From Macrostomum lignano (lineage: Eukaryota): 64,000 nucleotides of DNA. Position 1 is the first letter of the stretch. Every line of letters starts with the position of its first letter. A model generated the notes under the pieces. That model saw only the letters and a program-made list of their open reading frames with translations, was not told the DNA's origin and searched no databases. Shown here one piece after another: positions 12,258-32,166 of this stretch. A program made the position numbers and the translations under genes. The stretch spans positions 41,577 to 105,576 of the forward strand of contig NIVC01001529.1 in the NCBI GenBank assembly GCA_002269645.1, read 5' to 3'.

Positions 12258-13771
12258 CACCTTCATGAGCGGCTTGCTCTGTAAAAATGGTAAATAATTT
12301 ACCCCGCAGAGATGCTCGCCAGCTGTGCTCTGAGAGGCTGAAATAAAATCCCTGCTTTTCAGGTTGCTCTCTGTGCGTTTCCTTGAAAAGTGAACTAATC
12401 CTCTGGCTATGTATTCTCAATAAAATTCGATTCCCCAGAGCGTGTTCTCAGGGATGAAAGCTTTTTGAATAGCTCAACAATAATTAGCTATATGCCTCAT
12501 TTCACTGCTTGCTTTGGGTAATATTTTATCCTGTCATGCTACTGAAACACCGATAATGAATACTGTAGGACCTGCTAAAAGCTGAGCGGTTATGAGTGAT
12601 TTGGTCTTATTACCAATATACTACTTACTGAGTAGCTTAAAACTCCCTCATTTGTCTCGAGATAATAACGTCACTTCTCAATTCAACACAATACTTAATA
12701 TAACTGATCAACTGACTCACTGACTCAGTGTAGCGGTGTATGTACAGTGTAGCGGTGTATGTACAGTGTAGCGGTGTATGTACAGTGTAGCGGTGTATGT
12801 ACAGTGTAGCGGTGTATGTACAGTGTAGCGGTGTATGTACAGTGTAGCGGTGTATGTACAGTGTAGCGGTGTATGTACAGTGTAGCGGTGTATGTACAGT
12901 GCAGCGGTGTATGTACAGTGTAGCAGTGTATGTACAGTGTAGCGGTGTATGTACAGTGTAGCGGTGTATGTACAGTGTAGCGGTGTATGTACAGTGTAGC
13001 GCTGTATGTAGTTTGTTGGTCCTAGTGTCATAAAAATATTTAATGATTGACATCTCGAGATTTTTTCAGTCAAAATATTATTTTGATAAAATACTATATT
13101 TTCAAATGGTTATGTAAAAGGAGCTTTATGTATCCTTTATGTAAAAGGATTTCATTTACTAAATCATTCCTACTTTTGAAATTTTATCTCCATTGTCAAA
13201 ATATGGAAAGAAGAAGACAAATTTTCATCACTTAGGCAATCTCATAATAGGCCTTAGCGAGGTAGAAAGGTCACGAGCTTACCGCGACCCGACAATTCCG
13301 ACGGCTCATCGGGGCCCTCCGGCAGCTCCGCGGCAACTCCGGCAGCTCCGGCAACTCCGGCAACTCCGGCAGCGGGCTCAGCGGCACCCGAAGCCGTTGA
13401 GGCGGTGGAGCTTCCTTCGATTCGAAATCTTTGGTGGAAGCGGCGGCGGCGGCCGTCGCAGTTGCCTCGGCTCGTCGTTCTCGGGCTGCTGGCGCTGCCG
13501 TTGCCACCTCCTTCCGTGGCTGGACGCCGCGAGCGAGTAACCAGTCGTCGACCGCGGGTGTGACCGTCAGGAGCTCCGCCCAGTCGACCAGCAGGTCAGC
13601 CATTCGCTGGTGGCAGAGCTGCTTCTCCCGCTTGGCCCTGCTTTGAATGTCGGCAATCAGCAGGTCCTTGGAGCGCTGCAGACTGCGATTTCTGGCGAGC
13701 ATCTTCGCCAAGGTGCTGGCGGTTGTGCGGGCTGCCTGATCTGCGTCCAGCCTCTTTATCAGTGAGAGCCT
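12258..13771 (-). CDS. Exon(s) of an unknown coiled-coil / PEL-repeat protein
   Basis: Acceptor near 13772 opens LSLIKRLDADQAARTTASTLAKMLARNRSLQRSKDLLIADIQSRAKREKQLCHQRMADLLVDW...(PEL)n; donor GTAAGC at 13282; candidate last exon after the acceptor at ~12281. Probable frameshift near 13330. No family recognised. Confidence 0.45.
12726..13008. repeat. 19-bp tandem repeat (gtgtagcggtgtatgtaca), ~15 copies
   Basis: Directly visible; lies in the putative intron of the unknown gene. Confidence 0.95.
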
Positions 13772-14831
13772 GCTCGGGTTTTTACGACCTCAAAGCTTGA
13801 GAAAAGAAGATGACAAAAGGTGTGAAAACACTGAAACTTATATAGCCATTTTTCCTGCGTTTATTACTCCGCACAATGTGCCCCCTCCCCTCTCTGCCCC
13901 ATTCGTAATTTTACACAACGGAGTCGTAAAAACCCGTAGAGAGCCGAAATCTCACTTGGCCCATTGGAGCACTAATCGCAGTGTTGAGGTTTTGTGAAGA
14001 GCTATTTCCAATAAGAAATGATAGAGTGCATCTGCACATGCAGCTTATTGAGCGCAAGCTGCATGTCTAAGCTTTGTGGGAGAGCAGCTTCTTTAGTTTA
14101 ACCTTCCCCATCCCTCTCCCTAATCCGGCCACGTCCCTCACTCCGTGTGACAGGCAGCTAAAATGAGACACGTTGAGTGCCTGCCCGCCACTCTGTCCAA
14201 AAAGATTCCAAATAAAGAAAGGCGATCTCAACAAAAGCAAAAAGGGAAAACACGACGACTGCATGCGAGCGCTACGCACTGGAATGGGGAAGGACTGCTG
14301 TGGGACCCCGCCAAAACTTGGTGAAGATGAGGCTGACCGCACCGCTGAGTTCTAGGCATGACCTAAGATGTCCACCAGCTCGCGTGTATTTACACGACTG
14401 TGGTGTCTTATGGCAGAATTAGCGACAAGTAGCTAGAGCAAGGAGGCATGGAGCGTTCAGTGAGCGATTACCTACCTGTCTGTCTACAGTTCATTGGCTA
14501 GTCTACCTGCCCCTCCCATGCAGTTCCATTTCGAGAGCTCAGGGGGCAGAATCTGTCTAATTGGAGCAAGGCTGCGGGTGGAGAGAATGTGGAGCATGCA
14601 GCTCATTTTCGGGGCTCACAGGGGGATCGGAGCCGAGATGCCCGGTCAAATGAAAAGCCGTCAGCCCGGCTGGGGCACGCAGGCTGTCGATTTTTTGTTC
14701 TTCTGCTTCCGTAATGGAAGCCGTTTGGCGCTAATTATCTTCCAAAAGGTAGTCACCATTGGGACAGTCACAATTAGCCATCGTTCTTTAAAGTTGCTCG
14801 CGCAGGAGCAACCGTTGAGCTGAGCATCCGC

Positions 14832-23118
<8,287 letters not shown>

Positions 23119-23494
23119 TTGCTTCTTTGGGCGTCCGGAGATGGATCAAGGAAATTTTAACTATTGCTGGATGATTAAATATCATAAATATGTTTGTTTT
23201 ATGCATCGTTTGTGTTTTTTGTCTTGCAAAAATATCTAAAATCTGTTTTATGTTGTTGAAAGAAAAAGTTCAATTATCGCATGACTTTAGCGACCCGGCT
23301 CCTCAAGAACTGAAGTCGAATAAAAATAAAAGAAATTAGAAATATTTAACTATTGTACAAAATTGAGGAGAGTAAAGTTTCGCTTGCAAAATATTTATTG
23401 AGAAGTTGACGAGAGGGTGTTGATTGAAAGGTGTCGATGCTGACACATTCTACTGGTAAGAGGTTTGTTAGCAAAAGGTCAGAATATGAAGAAG

Positions 23495-23680
23495 TCAGTG
23501 GTTAGACGTCAGTATAAGAAGACGTCAGTAGAAAGACGTCAGTAGAGGGACGTCAGTAGGAAGACGTCATTAGGAATACGTCAGTAGAAAGACGTCAGTA
23601 GAAAGACGTTAGTAGGAAGACGTCAGTAGGAATTGACGTCAGTAGGAAGATGTCAGTAGGAGAAGACATCTCAGTAGGAG
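23495..23680. repeat. Degenerate ~14-bp repeat (gacgtcagtagaaa)
   Basis: Directly visible. Confidence 0.8.
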
Positions 23681-24529
23681 TAGGTATCCATGTTGAGAAG
23701 ACGTGGATAGGAAGCCAGGTTGTTGGGTTCTAATAAATAATGACCAAGCGGTTGCTTTTGCGAAATGTATTCAACAAATCTCAGTAAGGCAGTTATATTT
23801 AATCAAAAACACTTTTCTCTTGAGAAGTAGAAAGCATAAAAAGTGAAGCTTAAGAATGACTTGACATGAAAAAAATATTTCAACTTCCAACCAGCAGAGA
23901 TTTTGTGCATGGCGATACTGTTAGGATTTGGGCAAACAAGTAAAAAATAATTAACTATATATTAAAGTATCTCGATTTCGCAAACAAATTTGATGATGGT
24001 AAAGTACATGATTGATACAAAAAGTTAAAAAAAGTATCACAAATGGGAAATACATGCTTTCGACACGTTAACTCGAACAACTGATCGTGGATTGGATCGT
24101 CAAAGGTTCGGAAATTCGCTTACATGTAATTGTATGGGCGACAGGGGCAGACAGAACAGTAACCAATTCTGGAATAAACAGCAGTGCGAGATGAACTGAC
24201 CTCAATAGTTGGAACATTCCTGAATTTCGCGACATTGATGACTGAAAACGTCGAACAAAACAGATCCCAATGAGCCTAATTGATTAGTTATTATGGTCTA
24301 ATTTTCGTTTCAAACTTTGCTATTTTCTTTGTCAATCTTTGTTAATTTACCAAAGTAATAGCTTTAAAGTGATCTTTAAAAGTATAAAGAAGGTAAGAAA
24401 TCGCTAATATTGTGCTTAAACCCACGAAAATAGCCTACATCATTGAGGCTTTTCGAAACGACATCGAAATTTTAAATAGATTCCCATAAGATCTGAAGCG
24501 TTTAATTTGAGCATCAGCGGTCTTTGTAC

Positions 24530-24970
24530 CGAGCTCAGTCAGAACCTTCTGCTGCGCCGATGCCCCGGTCGATGCTTGTCGGCCGCTCTTTACCGCCGCT
24601 GCCACCGCTACCGCCACCGCCGCCTGCGGTGCCGTACTTCGGCACGTTGATAACCAACCCGCGCTCCTGGCTGGCGGCTCCCCAGCCGGCCGCCGGTCCA
24701 ACAGCGCCCGAAGGGGAGGCCGCGCCGAAGCCCGCGCCGCCGCCTCCGCCTCGTTCGGCCAGCAGCCGCAGGTCAGCGGGCTCTCGAATCGGTCGAGGCC
24801 GCTGCTGCCCGCCGTGCTGGCCCGCATGGCCGAGGACGTCAAAATCGCGCAGGTCAGCGCCACGTCGCAGAGAGGCCGCCGTGGTCGGAAGTGGCCACCA
24901 GGTGCAGCTGTGGTGCAGCCGCTTCGCCAGGCGGACCTCGGCAGCCGGCCAGCCGAGATGGCGGCGACCT
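24530..24970 (-). CDS. Probable terminal exon of an unknown gene whose upstream exons lie in or beyond the gap
   Basis: GC-rich island after the acceptor catcgtcag|; open frame RRHLGWPAAEVRLAKRLHHSCTWWPLP...GLVINVPKYG...GSD*; preceded by an intron-type repeat. No family recognised. Confidence 0.35.
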
Positions 24971-24989
24971 GACGATGTTGAGGAGCAAT

Positions 24990-25242
24990 CTGTCTCAGTG
25001 TGTGTCTTAGCGTATTAGTGTCCGTCTTAGTGTCTTTTTTAGTGTCCATCTTAGTGTCTTAGTGTCCGTCTTAGTGTCTGTCTTATTGTCTGTCTTAGTG
25101 TCCGTCTTAGTGTCTCTCTTAGTGTCTGTCTTAGTTTCCGTCTTAGTGTCTGTCTTAGTGTCTGTCTCAGTGTCTTAGTGGCCGTCTTAGTGTCCGTATT
25201 AGTGTCTATCTTAGTGTCTCTTATTGTCTGTCTTAGTGTCTT
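24990..25242. repeat. tgtcttagtgtc(c/t)-type repeat running into the assembly gap
   Basis: Directly visible. Confidence 0.85.
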
Positions 25243-25732
25243 NNNNNNNNNNNNNNNNNNNNNNNNNNNNNNNNNNNNNNNNNNNNNNNNNNNNNNNNNN
25301 NNNNNNNNNNNNNNNNNNNNNNNNNNNNNNNNNNNNNNNNNNNNNNNNNNNNNNNNNNNNNNNNNNNNNNNNNNNNNNNNNNNNNNNNNNNNNNNNNNNN
25401 NNNNNNNNNNNNNNNNNNNNNNNNNNNNNNNNNNNNNNNNNNNNNNNNNNNNNNNNNNNNNNNNNNNNNNNNNNNNNNNNNNNNNNNNNNNNNNNNNNNN
25501 NNNNNNNNNNNNNNNNNNNNNNNNNNNNNNNNNNNNNNNNNNNNNNNNNNNNNNNNNNNNNNNNNNNNNNNNNNNNNNNNNNNNNNNNNNNNNNNNNNNN
25601 NNNNNNNNNNNNNNNNNNNNNNNNNNNNNNNNNNNNNNNNNNNNNNNNNNNNNNNNNNNNNNNNNNNNNNNNNNNNNNNNNNNNNNNNNNNNNNNNNNNN
25701 NNNNNNNNNNNNGTATCAATCTCATCGATCTT
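25243..25732. other. Assembly gap (490 N)
   Basis: Run of n. Confidence 1.
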
Positions 25733-26121
25733 CTCTTGCTTATGGAGACCTCAATCAAAAGAAAATCCATTGTTGAACTTCAGATCCAAAAACCACAGAT
25801 TCATTGACCCAACTCAACAAAGACAAATCAAACTATTTTATTTTCATACTGCTCTGTTTACTGTTGTGGCAAAGCTCACACGGAATGGGAATGGTTCTTA
25901 TCTGGCTATGCACTGCAATATCAGGAGTTTTCCAGACTAAGAGCTGTTTTTGTCTTCCCCGGAGCGGCCTGTCTAGCATATTTCCTCCTTTCCTCCAGTG
26001 CTCTCAACTGGGCGGGGGGGATGCGCTTTCACAAGACCTATAAATTGCCAGTGTTGGCCATTGTAAATAAAAGTACTTCAGTGTTAAGTGTCTTTGTCTC
26101 GGTAGAAATGTTAAGTGTTGC

Positions 26122-26480
26122 GGGGGCCGTAGCCCAGCGCGTAGCGCAGCTGCTCTGGTGTGCCGCGACCCAGGCTCGATTCCAAGTGCAGTCACATTAA
26201 TTTGGGGCTGGATTGGAATCTTGGCTTGGCCTCTGCTTGTGCAATTAACGGCCTGAGAGCCAACCCCCAAGGCACAGTGAAGTGTACATGCCTAACGATA
26301 AAAATAAAGTTAGGGCCGCTGTACACTCCTGTGTGAGTGTGTGCCTGCGTAACGTATCCGCGCGCTTGTATGCCTGCTCAGGGGAGTCGGCGGAATGGGC
26401 AGTAAGGCCTCTCGCCGGGTTGTGTGCCTTTGTCGCTTAAGTGCGCCGGGGTGCACACAACCCCCCTGCCTCTAAAAAAA
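26122..26480 (+). mobile_element. tRNA-derived SINE, copy 2 (full length, A-tail, TSD)
   Basis: Starts gggggccgtagcccagcgcg...ggctcgattcc; ends ccctgcctctaaaaaaa; flanked by aaatgttaa(g/c)tgtt on both sides. Confidence 0.85.
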
Positions 26481-26845
26481 TGTTAACTGTTAAAACCTCT
26501 ATTGTTGTACAGTTTAGGTGTCATGAACCCCCTTATCACATGAGCTCGCGAACTGGCCGTACTTTGTTATATCCGTAAAAACGGTACAAATTAAAATTTA
26601 GTACCTTTTAGCTACGGCACGAAGACTCCCCACGGCTAAACCGTGGCCAGCACGTGGAATTTAATTGGAATTCCTGTGGACACGGCCGCCATTTTTATCA
26701 TCTACTTCAGCTATCTAGTAGAACAACCGTCAGAACTACTCAAATTCGAAAGGGAACTTCGAAAATGTAAGCTCACATGCAGCTAAAAACGAGAAAAATC
26801 AAGAAGAAATTTAATAATAATTTCCGTCGCTTTCTAAGAAAGGTA

Positions 26846-29800
26846 TGTCGCGTCGTTTAATTAAGAGTTCAACTGAGCAGCACGATGATTTGGTATTGTA
26901 AATAAACGATGTCTCAGTCTCGATATATTAATCATAAACGATGCTAACACAAACGAAGCTCAATATATAATTATTAACGCATTGGGGTGGCGGGGCGCAC
27001 GGGGTACGAAATCGGGGTGGTGGGTACACTGGATGTACAGTCAATATTTCAATAGTCAATCAGCTAGTCACTTAGTCATAAGTACAGCGGTAGAATCCAG
27101 CGCTGCCTCATCTCCCCCCTTCGAAACGGATAGGGGGTACGCCTCGAGTTGACCGAGCTGGGTAGCGACGTACTGCTGTTTGACTTGGGCCTTGTTCGGA
27201 TTCGGTGGGCGGGTCCCGACTGAGTTCGCCAGGCGGGTCCTGACCGAGTTCGCCAGGCGGGTCCTGACCGAGTTCGCCAGGCGGGTCCTGACCGAGTTCG
27301 CCAGGCGGGTCCTGACCGAGTTCGCCAGGCGGGTCCTGACGAGTTCGCCAGGTGGGTCCTGACCGAGTTCGCCAGGCGGGTCCTGACCGAGGCCGCAGGG
27401 CGGATCCTGACCAAGCTCGATAGGTAGGCTCCGGCCGAATCGGTTTGGCTGGACCTGGTCTTCTACAACGCGTCTCAGCTGATCCGCATGCGCCAGGGCG
27501 ATGCGACCGCCTTGACGAGCGATTAGGGCGGTGTTGGTTCCCTTCTGCACGACGAACTCAGCTCGCTCCTGACGCTGCTGATCACCAGGCGTGTACCACA
27601 GGCTCGCTCCGATTGGTGTGCGCATGGTTATCGGGTTGCGTAATTGTCGACCCATGAGCTGTGACGGGCTCTGCTGGCGCCCAGCATGCGGCACACACCT
27701 GTAGTTTAGGAGTACCCTGGACAGGAACGACTCGTAGCTTTCGGACTGGTCCCACGCCGCAGATGCTCTCTTGATAGACTGGACCATCCGCTCGGCCAAG
27801 CCGTTAGACTGAGGGTGTCGCGGGTGAGTCTTGATGGCGCGGCAGCCGATTCTTTCCAGCCAGGCGATCAGATTGGCGTCGTGGAACTCGGCGGCGTTGT
27901 CGCTGACCAGCACATGAGGCACGCCGTTCCTAGCAAAGACTGTCTGCAACACCCGCTTGACTGTCGCCGCGTCCCTGTTTTGCACTCGTACAGCCTCGGG
28001 CCAGCCGGACATAGCGTCAACTAGAATGAGCAGGAGTCCGACCCTCGGCACACACGCATGATCCATGTGGACCCTGTGCCACGGCTTTTCCTCGTCGGGC
28101 CACCTGTGGACACTCTCCAGACCACTCGGGCGCAGTCTTGAGCAGGTCGGGCAACCTCGAACGTAGGCCTCGACGTCGCTGCAATAGCCGGGCCACCAGG
28201 CTGAGTTCTGTAGGCGAGCGCGCGTTGAGCCAGATCCCTGATGCGTATCGTGCACAATTCCAAGAACGCCTTGTCGGAGGACAGCCGGGATGACTGGGCG
28301 ATCACCGTAGCAGAGAACTCCGTCGTCGGTCGTGAGGGCGTGTCGGATGGCCTTGAAAGGTCGTTCGGCTGGCGAGCAGTTTGACCATCTGTTGACAGCA
28401 ACGCGTTTCATGACATCAAGCAGCAGTCGGTCCCTTTGGGTCTCTGATTTCAGCTCCTGCCACGGGATCACAGCCTCGCCAGTCCAGTGAATGATGCTTT
28501 CCGGCCGCTCTGTCAGCTCGGTGTCGCTGTCACCTTCAAAATCCAGCCGCGAAAGTGCATCTACTTGCGGAATCGATTCGCCTTTAGTGTAGACGATGTC
28601 ATAGTCAAAGGCCATCAGTTTGATTGCCCATCGGAGAAGTCTCGCATTGGCAACCTTCGGCAGCTGGCGCCTCGACCCGAAGATGAATTCCAGCGGGCGA
28701 TGATCCGTTCTGAGTGTGAAGCGCGACCCTAATAGGAACTGTTTCGCACGCTCCATAGCCCAAACGATCGCCAGCGCCTCTCTCTCGATGTTTGAATACC
28801 CTGCTTCTGCACTGCTCAGTTTCCGGCTGAAGTACATGATCGGGTGGTTGCCCTGCGAGAGGATCGCTCCGATGGCTTTCTCGCTAGCATCGGTAGTGAG
28901 CGTGGTCTCTTTGTGCTTGTCATACGGCTTGATTACAGGCTCGCTGCAGAGCAGATCCTTGATTCGCGTGAAGGCAGCTTCCTGGGCTGGGCCCCAGACG
29001 AACTCAACGTTTCGGCCCCGGAGTTGATTGAGCGGTTCTATGACGTCAGAGTAATTCTTAATAAACCTCCCGAAGAAGTTGGAAAGTCCTAGAAACGATT
29101 CGAGCTGCTTTCTGTCCTTCGGCGAGTTCACTGAGCGAATTTTTCCGACCAGATTGGGGTCCGGGGTGATCCCGCTCGCGCTGATGCTGTAGCCGAGGAA
29201 TCTGACCTCCGTTGCGCTTAGATTGGACTTTTCTAGGTTGATCGTCATTCCAGCAGTTCGCATCGTCTGGAGAACGTGCTGCACTTTGCTCCTTAATTCG
29301 GCGTTGGACTTCGCTCCCAGGAGGACGTCATCCTGGTAGACAATCTTGTTGCTGACATCCTGTAGGATTGTTTCCATGGCTTTCTGGAAAATGGCCGATG
29401 CAGATTTCAGCCCGGGAACCAGCCTTTTGTAGCGGAAGAGACCCAAAGGTGTCGCGATTGTCGTCACCTCTCGGCTATCTTCATCGAGTTCGATTTGCAG
29501 GTAAGCATCAGAGAGATCCAGTTTAGCAAAGTGCGACATGCCTGCTATCTCAGAAAAAATCGTCTCCATTTCCGGGATCGGGTAGGTGTCATTGCATATC
29601 TGGTGATTGACACCAGCTTTAAAATCGGCACAGACACGAACCTTTCCATTTGGCTTGAGCACGTTGACAATAGGCGATGCCCACTGGCTGCCTCCGGGAG
29701 GGACCGCCTCAATGATACCCTCGGATTCCATTCTTTGCAGCTCGCGCACCACCAAGTCTCTGAGGTGTAGCGGCACGGACCGGGCAGCACAATAGAACGC

Positions 29801-31264
29801 TTTGGCTCCTTCCACCAGTCTAATCTTAGCTTTGAACCCTTTGAGGCATCCGAGCTGTTGGACCGCGTTGATGGTGACCGCGTCTTCTTGGAGCTTTATG
29901 TTGTCCATGCCAAGCAGACCGTGCTTCTTCTCCGCGGCGGTGACAACCAGGCAATCGTGACGAATTTCGAGTTGGTCTCGAGTGACGCAGTGAATTCCCC
30001 GAGGCAGGCGATGCTGGAGCCGTCGAACTGCCGGAGAATTCTCCTGCACTTGCGTAGGGTGGGCCGGCCCAGCTGGCGCCAGAGGTTCTGCGGAATCAGG
30101 CTGATCTCAGCTCCGGTGTTGACTTGCATTGAGATACCCTGGCCGTTGATTTTGATGGTCTTGAAGAGGCCCGTTTTAGCTCTGTTGGGGCTAAGAGTAT
30201 ACACGTCTGCTTCTTCTGCATCGACTGCGATTTCCTGATGGACAGCTCGTGATCTGCAGACAGCCGCAAAGTGATTTCTTTTTTGGCACTTGGAGCATTT
30301 TTTGCCGTAGGCTGGGCAGTTGCCCCTCAGGTGATTGGCGCCGCAGAACCCACATTTGATTGACGGCTGCGGCTTTGCAGGTGAGGAGACTCCCCTTTGT
30401 TGACCAGCGAAGGCGATGTCAGCAGGAGCCGGCGTGTTGTAGTCACGGATCTGCTCAAGCTGCTGCAAATTCTGCAAAATCCTGTCGAGTGGCGTTTCTC
30501 CATCTTCGTTTTGTAGGCGCTCCAAGATTCTTTTTTTGTGCTCTGAGGAGTTGAGGCCGTCAATTAATCGCATGGTAATCATGTCGTCCTCCTTTGTCTG
30601 CTTGCTGCCCAGCTTTTCAAACTCGCAGTGTGACGTAGCAGCCCTCAGCCTCCGGTAGTAGGCTATGACGGTCTCACCCGATTCCTGCTTCAAGCTGAGG
30701 AACCTGGTGCGTTCGGCAATTACAAGTGACTTTTTCGGCCGGATCGTCTCGTCAACTAGCTTTTTGATGTCATCGAATTTCATCTCATCCAGTTTTTTTG
30801 GTGCTGCCATTAGGGATAGCGTGCGAATTGCCTGAAGGCCGGCCTTAGATAAAAATAGGTCAGTTTTGTCCCGAGCCTCATCCGAGTCTGTTAGCTTTTT
30901 GATGCGCGCTGTGGCTGAGAGTCGCTGCATCCATGCTTCGGCCATGTCGGCGTCGTCCAAATTGAGTTCATGACTAAGCCTTTCTGCTTGCGACGCCATT
31001 GTCGCGTCGTTTAATTAAGAGTTCAACTGAGCAACACGATGATTTGGTATTGTAAATAAACGATGTCTCAGTCTCGATATATTAATCATAAACGATGCTA
31101 ACACAAACGAAGCTCAATATATAATTATTAACGCATTGGGGTGGCGGGGCGCACGGGGTACGAAATCGGGGTGGTGGGTACACTGGATGTACAGTCAATA
31201 TTTCAATAGTCAATCAGCTAGTCACTTAGTCATAAGTACAGCGGTAGAATCCAGCGCTGCCTCA
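26846..31264 (-). mobile_element. Full-length Ty3/Gypsy LTR retrotransposon, very recent insertion
   Basis: LTRs 26846-27110 and 31000-31264 (265 bp, TG...CA, one mismatch); 4-bp TSD GGTA; PBS-like TGGCG directly inside the 5' LTR; PPT aggggggaga next to the 3' LTR. Confidence 0.97.
27108..30999 (-). CDS. Gypsy gag-pol (zinc knuckle, protease, RT, RNase H, integrase); frameshifts near 29952 and 27340
   Basis: CSKCQKRNHFAAVC knuckle; protease MQVNTGAE; RT DLSDAYLQ and YQDD; RNase H TDAS...EREALA...TDHRPL; integrase H-H-C-C and D(HMD)-D(SDN)-E(AER). Domain order RT-RH-IN is Gypsy type. With frames restored the ORF ends RRYPARSTRGVPPIRFEGGR* at the LTR edge. Confidence 0.93.
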
Positions 31265-31611
31265 GGTAAGTTGCTCAATTTCTTGGTTAAATGCAGTAGC
31301 TAATTTACAAAGACCGAGTTTGGAATCATGATTAGAAAATATATTTACTGTGCCTATATGTAGCTATAATGCTGGTGCAAAGACCATTACTGGGAATTAG
31401 AAGTAAGACATTTCAAAGTTAAATTAGCTACTCAATAAAATGCATTGAACATAGCTAAAATTATTAGATAAATATAGCCAAAAATGTGACAAACATGAAT
31501 TATTATAATTATACACTGCAATAATGTTGCTAAAATGAGTCAGAATAAGCTTGATTTTGATTATTGCATTTGCATTTTTTAGGAATTATGAGCCTTCAAA
31601 TATTTTCTAGT

Positions 31612-32047
31612 AGCCATGAGGTTCTCATAGAATTAGGGGTCATGAGGTGCTCATAGGAATAAGGATTGTCATGAGGTGCTCATAGGAATAAGGATTGTCA
31701 TGAGGTGCTCATAGAATTAGGGGTCATGAGGTGCTCATATTATTAGGGGTCATGAGGTGTTCATATTTTTAGGGGTCATGAGTGCTCATACGAATAAGGA
31801 TTGTCATGAGGTGCTCATAGAATTAGGGGTCATGAGGTGCTCAGAATTAGAGATTGTCCTAAGGTGCTCATATTATTAGGGGTCATGTGGTGTTCATATT
31901 TTTAGGGTCATGAGTGCTCATATGACTATTGGGATTGTCATGAGGTACTCATAGGATTAATTGGGGCTGTCTTAAGGTCCTCATAGGATTAAAGAGGTTG
32001 TAATGAGGTACTCATGGGATCAGGGGATTGTCATGAGATGCTCATAG
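31612..32047. repeat. Degenerate ~30-bp repeat (catgaggtgctcatag...ttagggt) upstream of the IAP-like CDS
   Basis: Directly visible; the last unit supplies ctcatag|, a candidate acceptor. Confidence 0.85.
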
Positions 32048-32166
32048 GAGGAGACTGAGCCATCAAAGTGTTCCATAAGCATGTGTTCCACCCCTTCAAA
32101 TCGTATTGAAGCTCAGATCTCCCAACCCATACCTCAACCTCAGAACTGAGACCTGAGACCTCTGAA

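Noticed and set aside
29896-30049. Gag/pol overlap as a programmed ribosomal frameshift
   Set aside because: The shift falls inside the protease domain with no slippery heptamer; restoring one base gives a single ORF, which fits the window-wide indel pattern.
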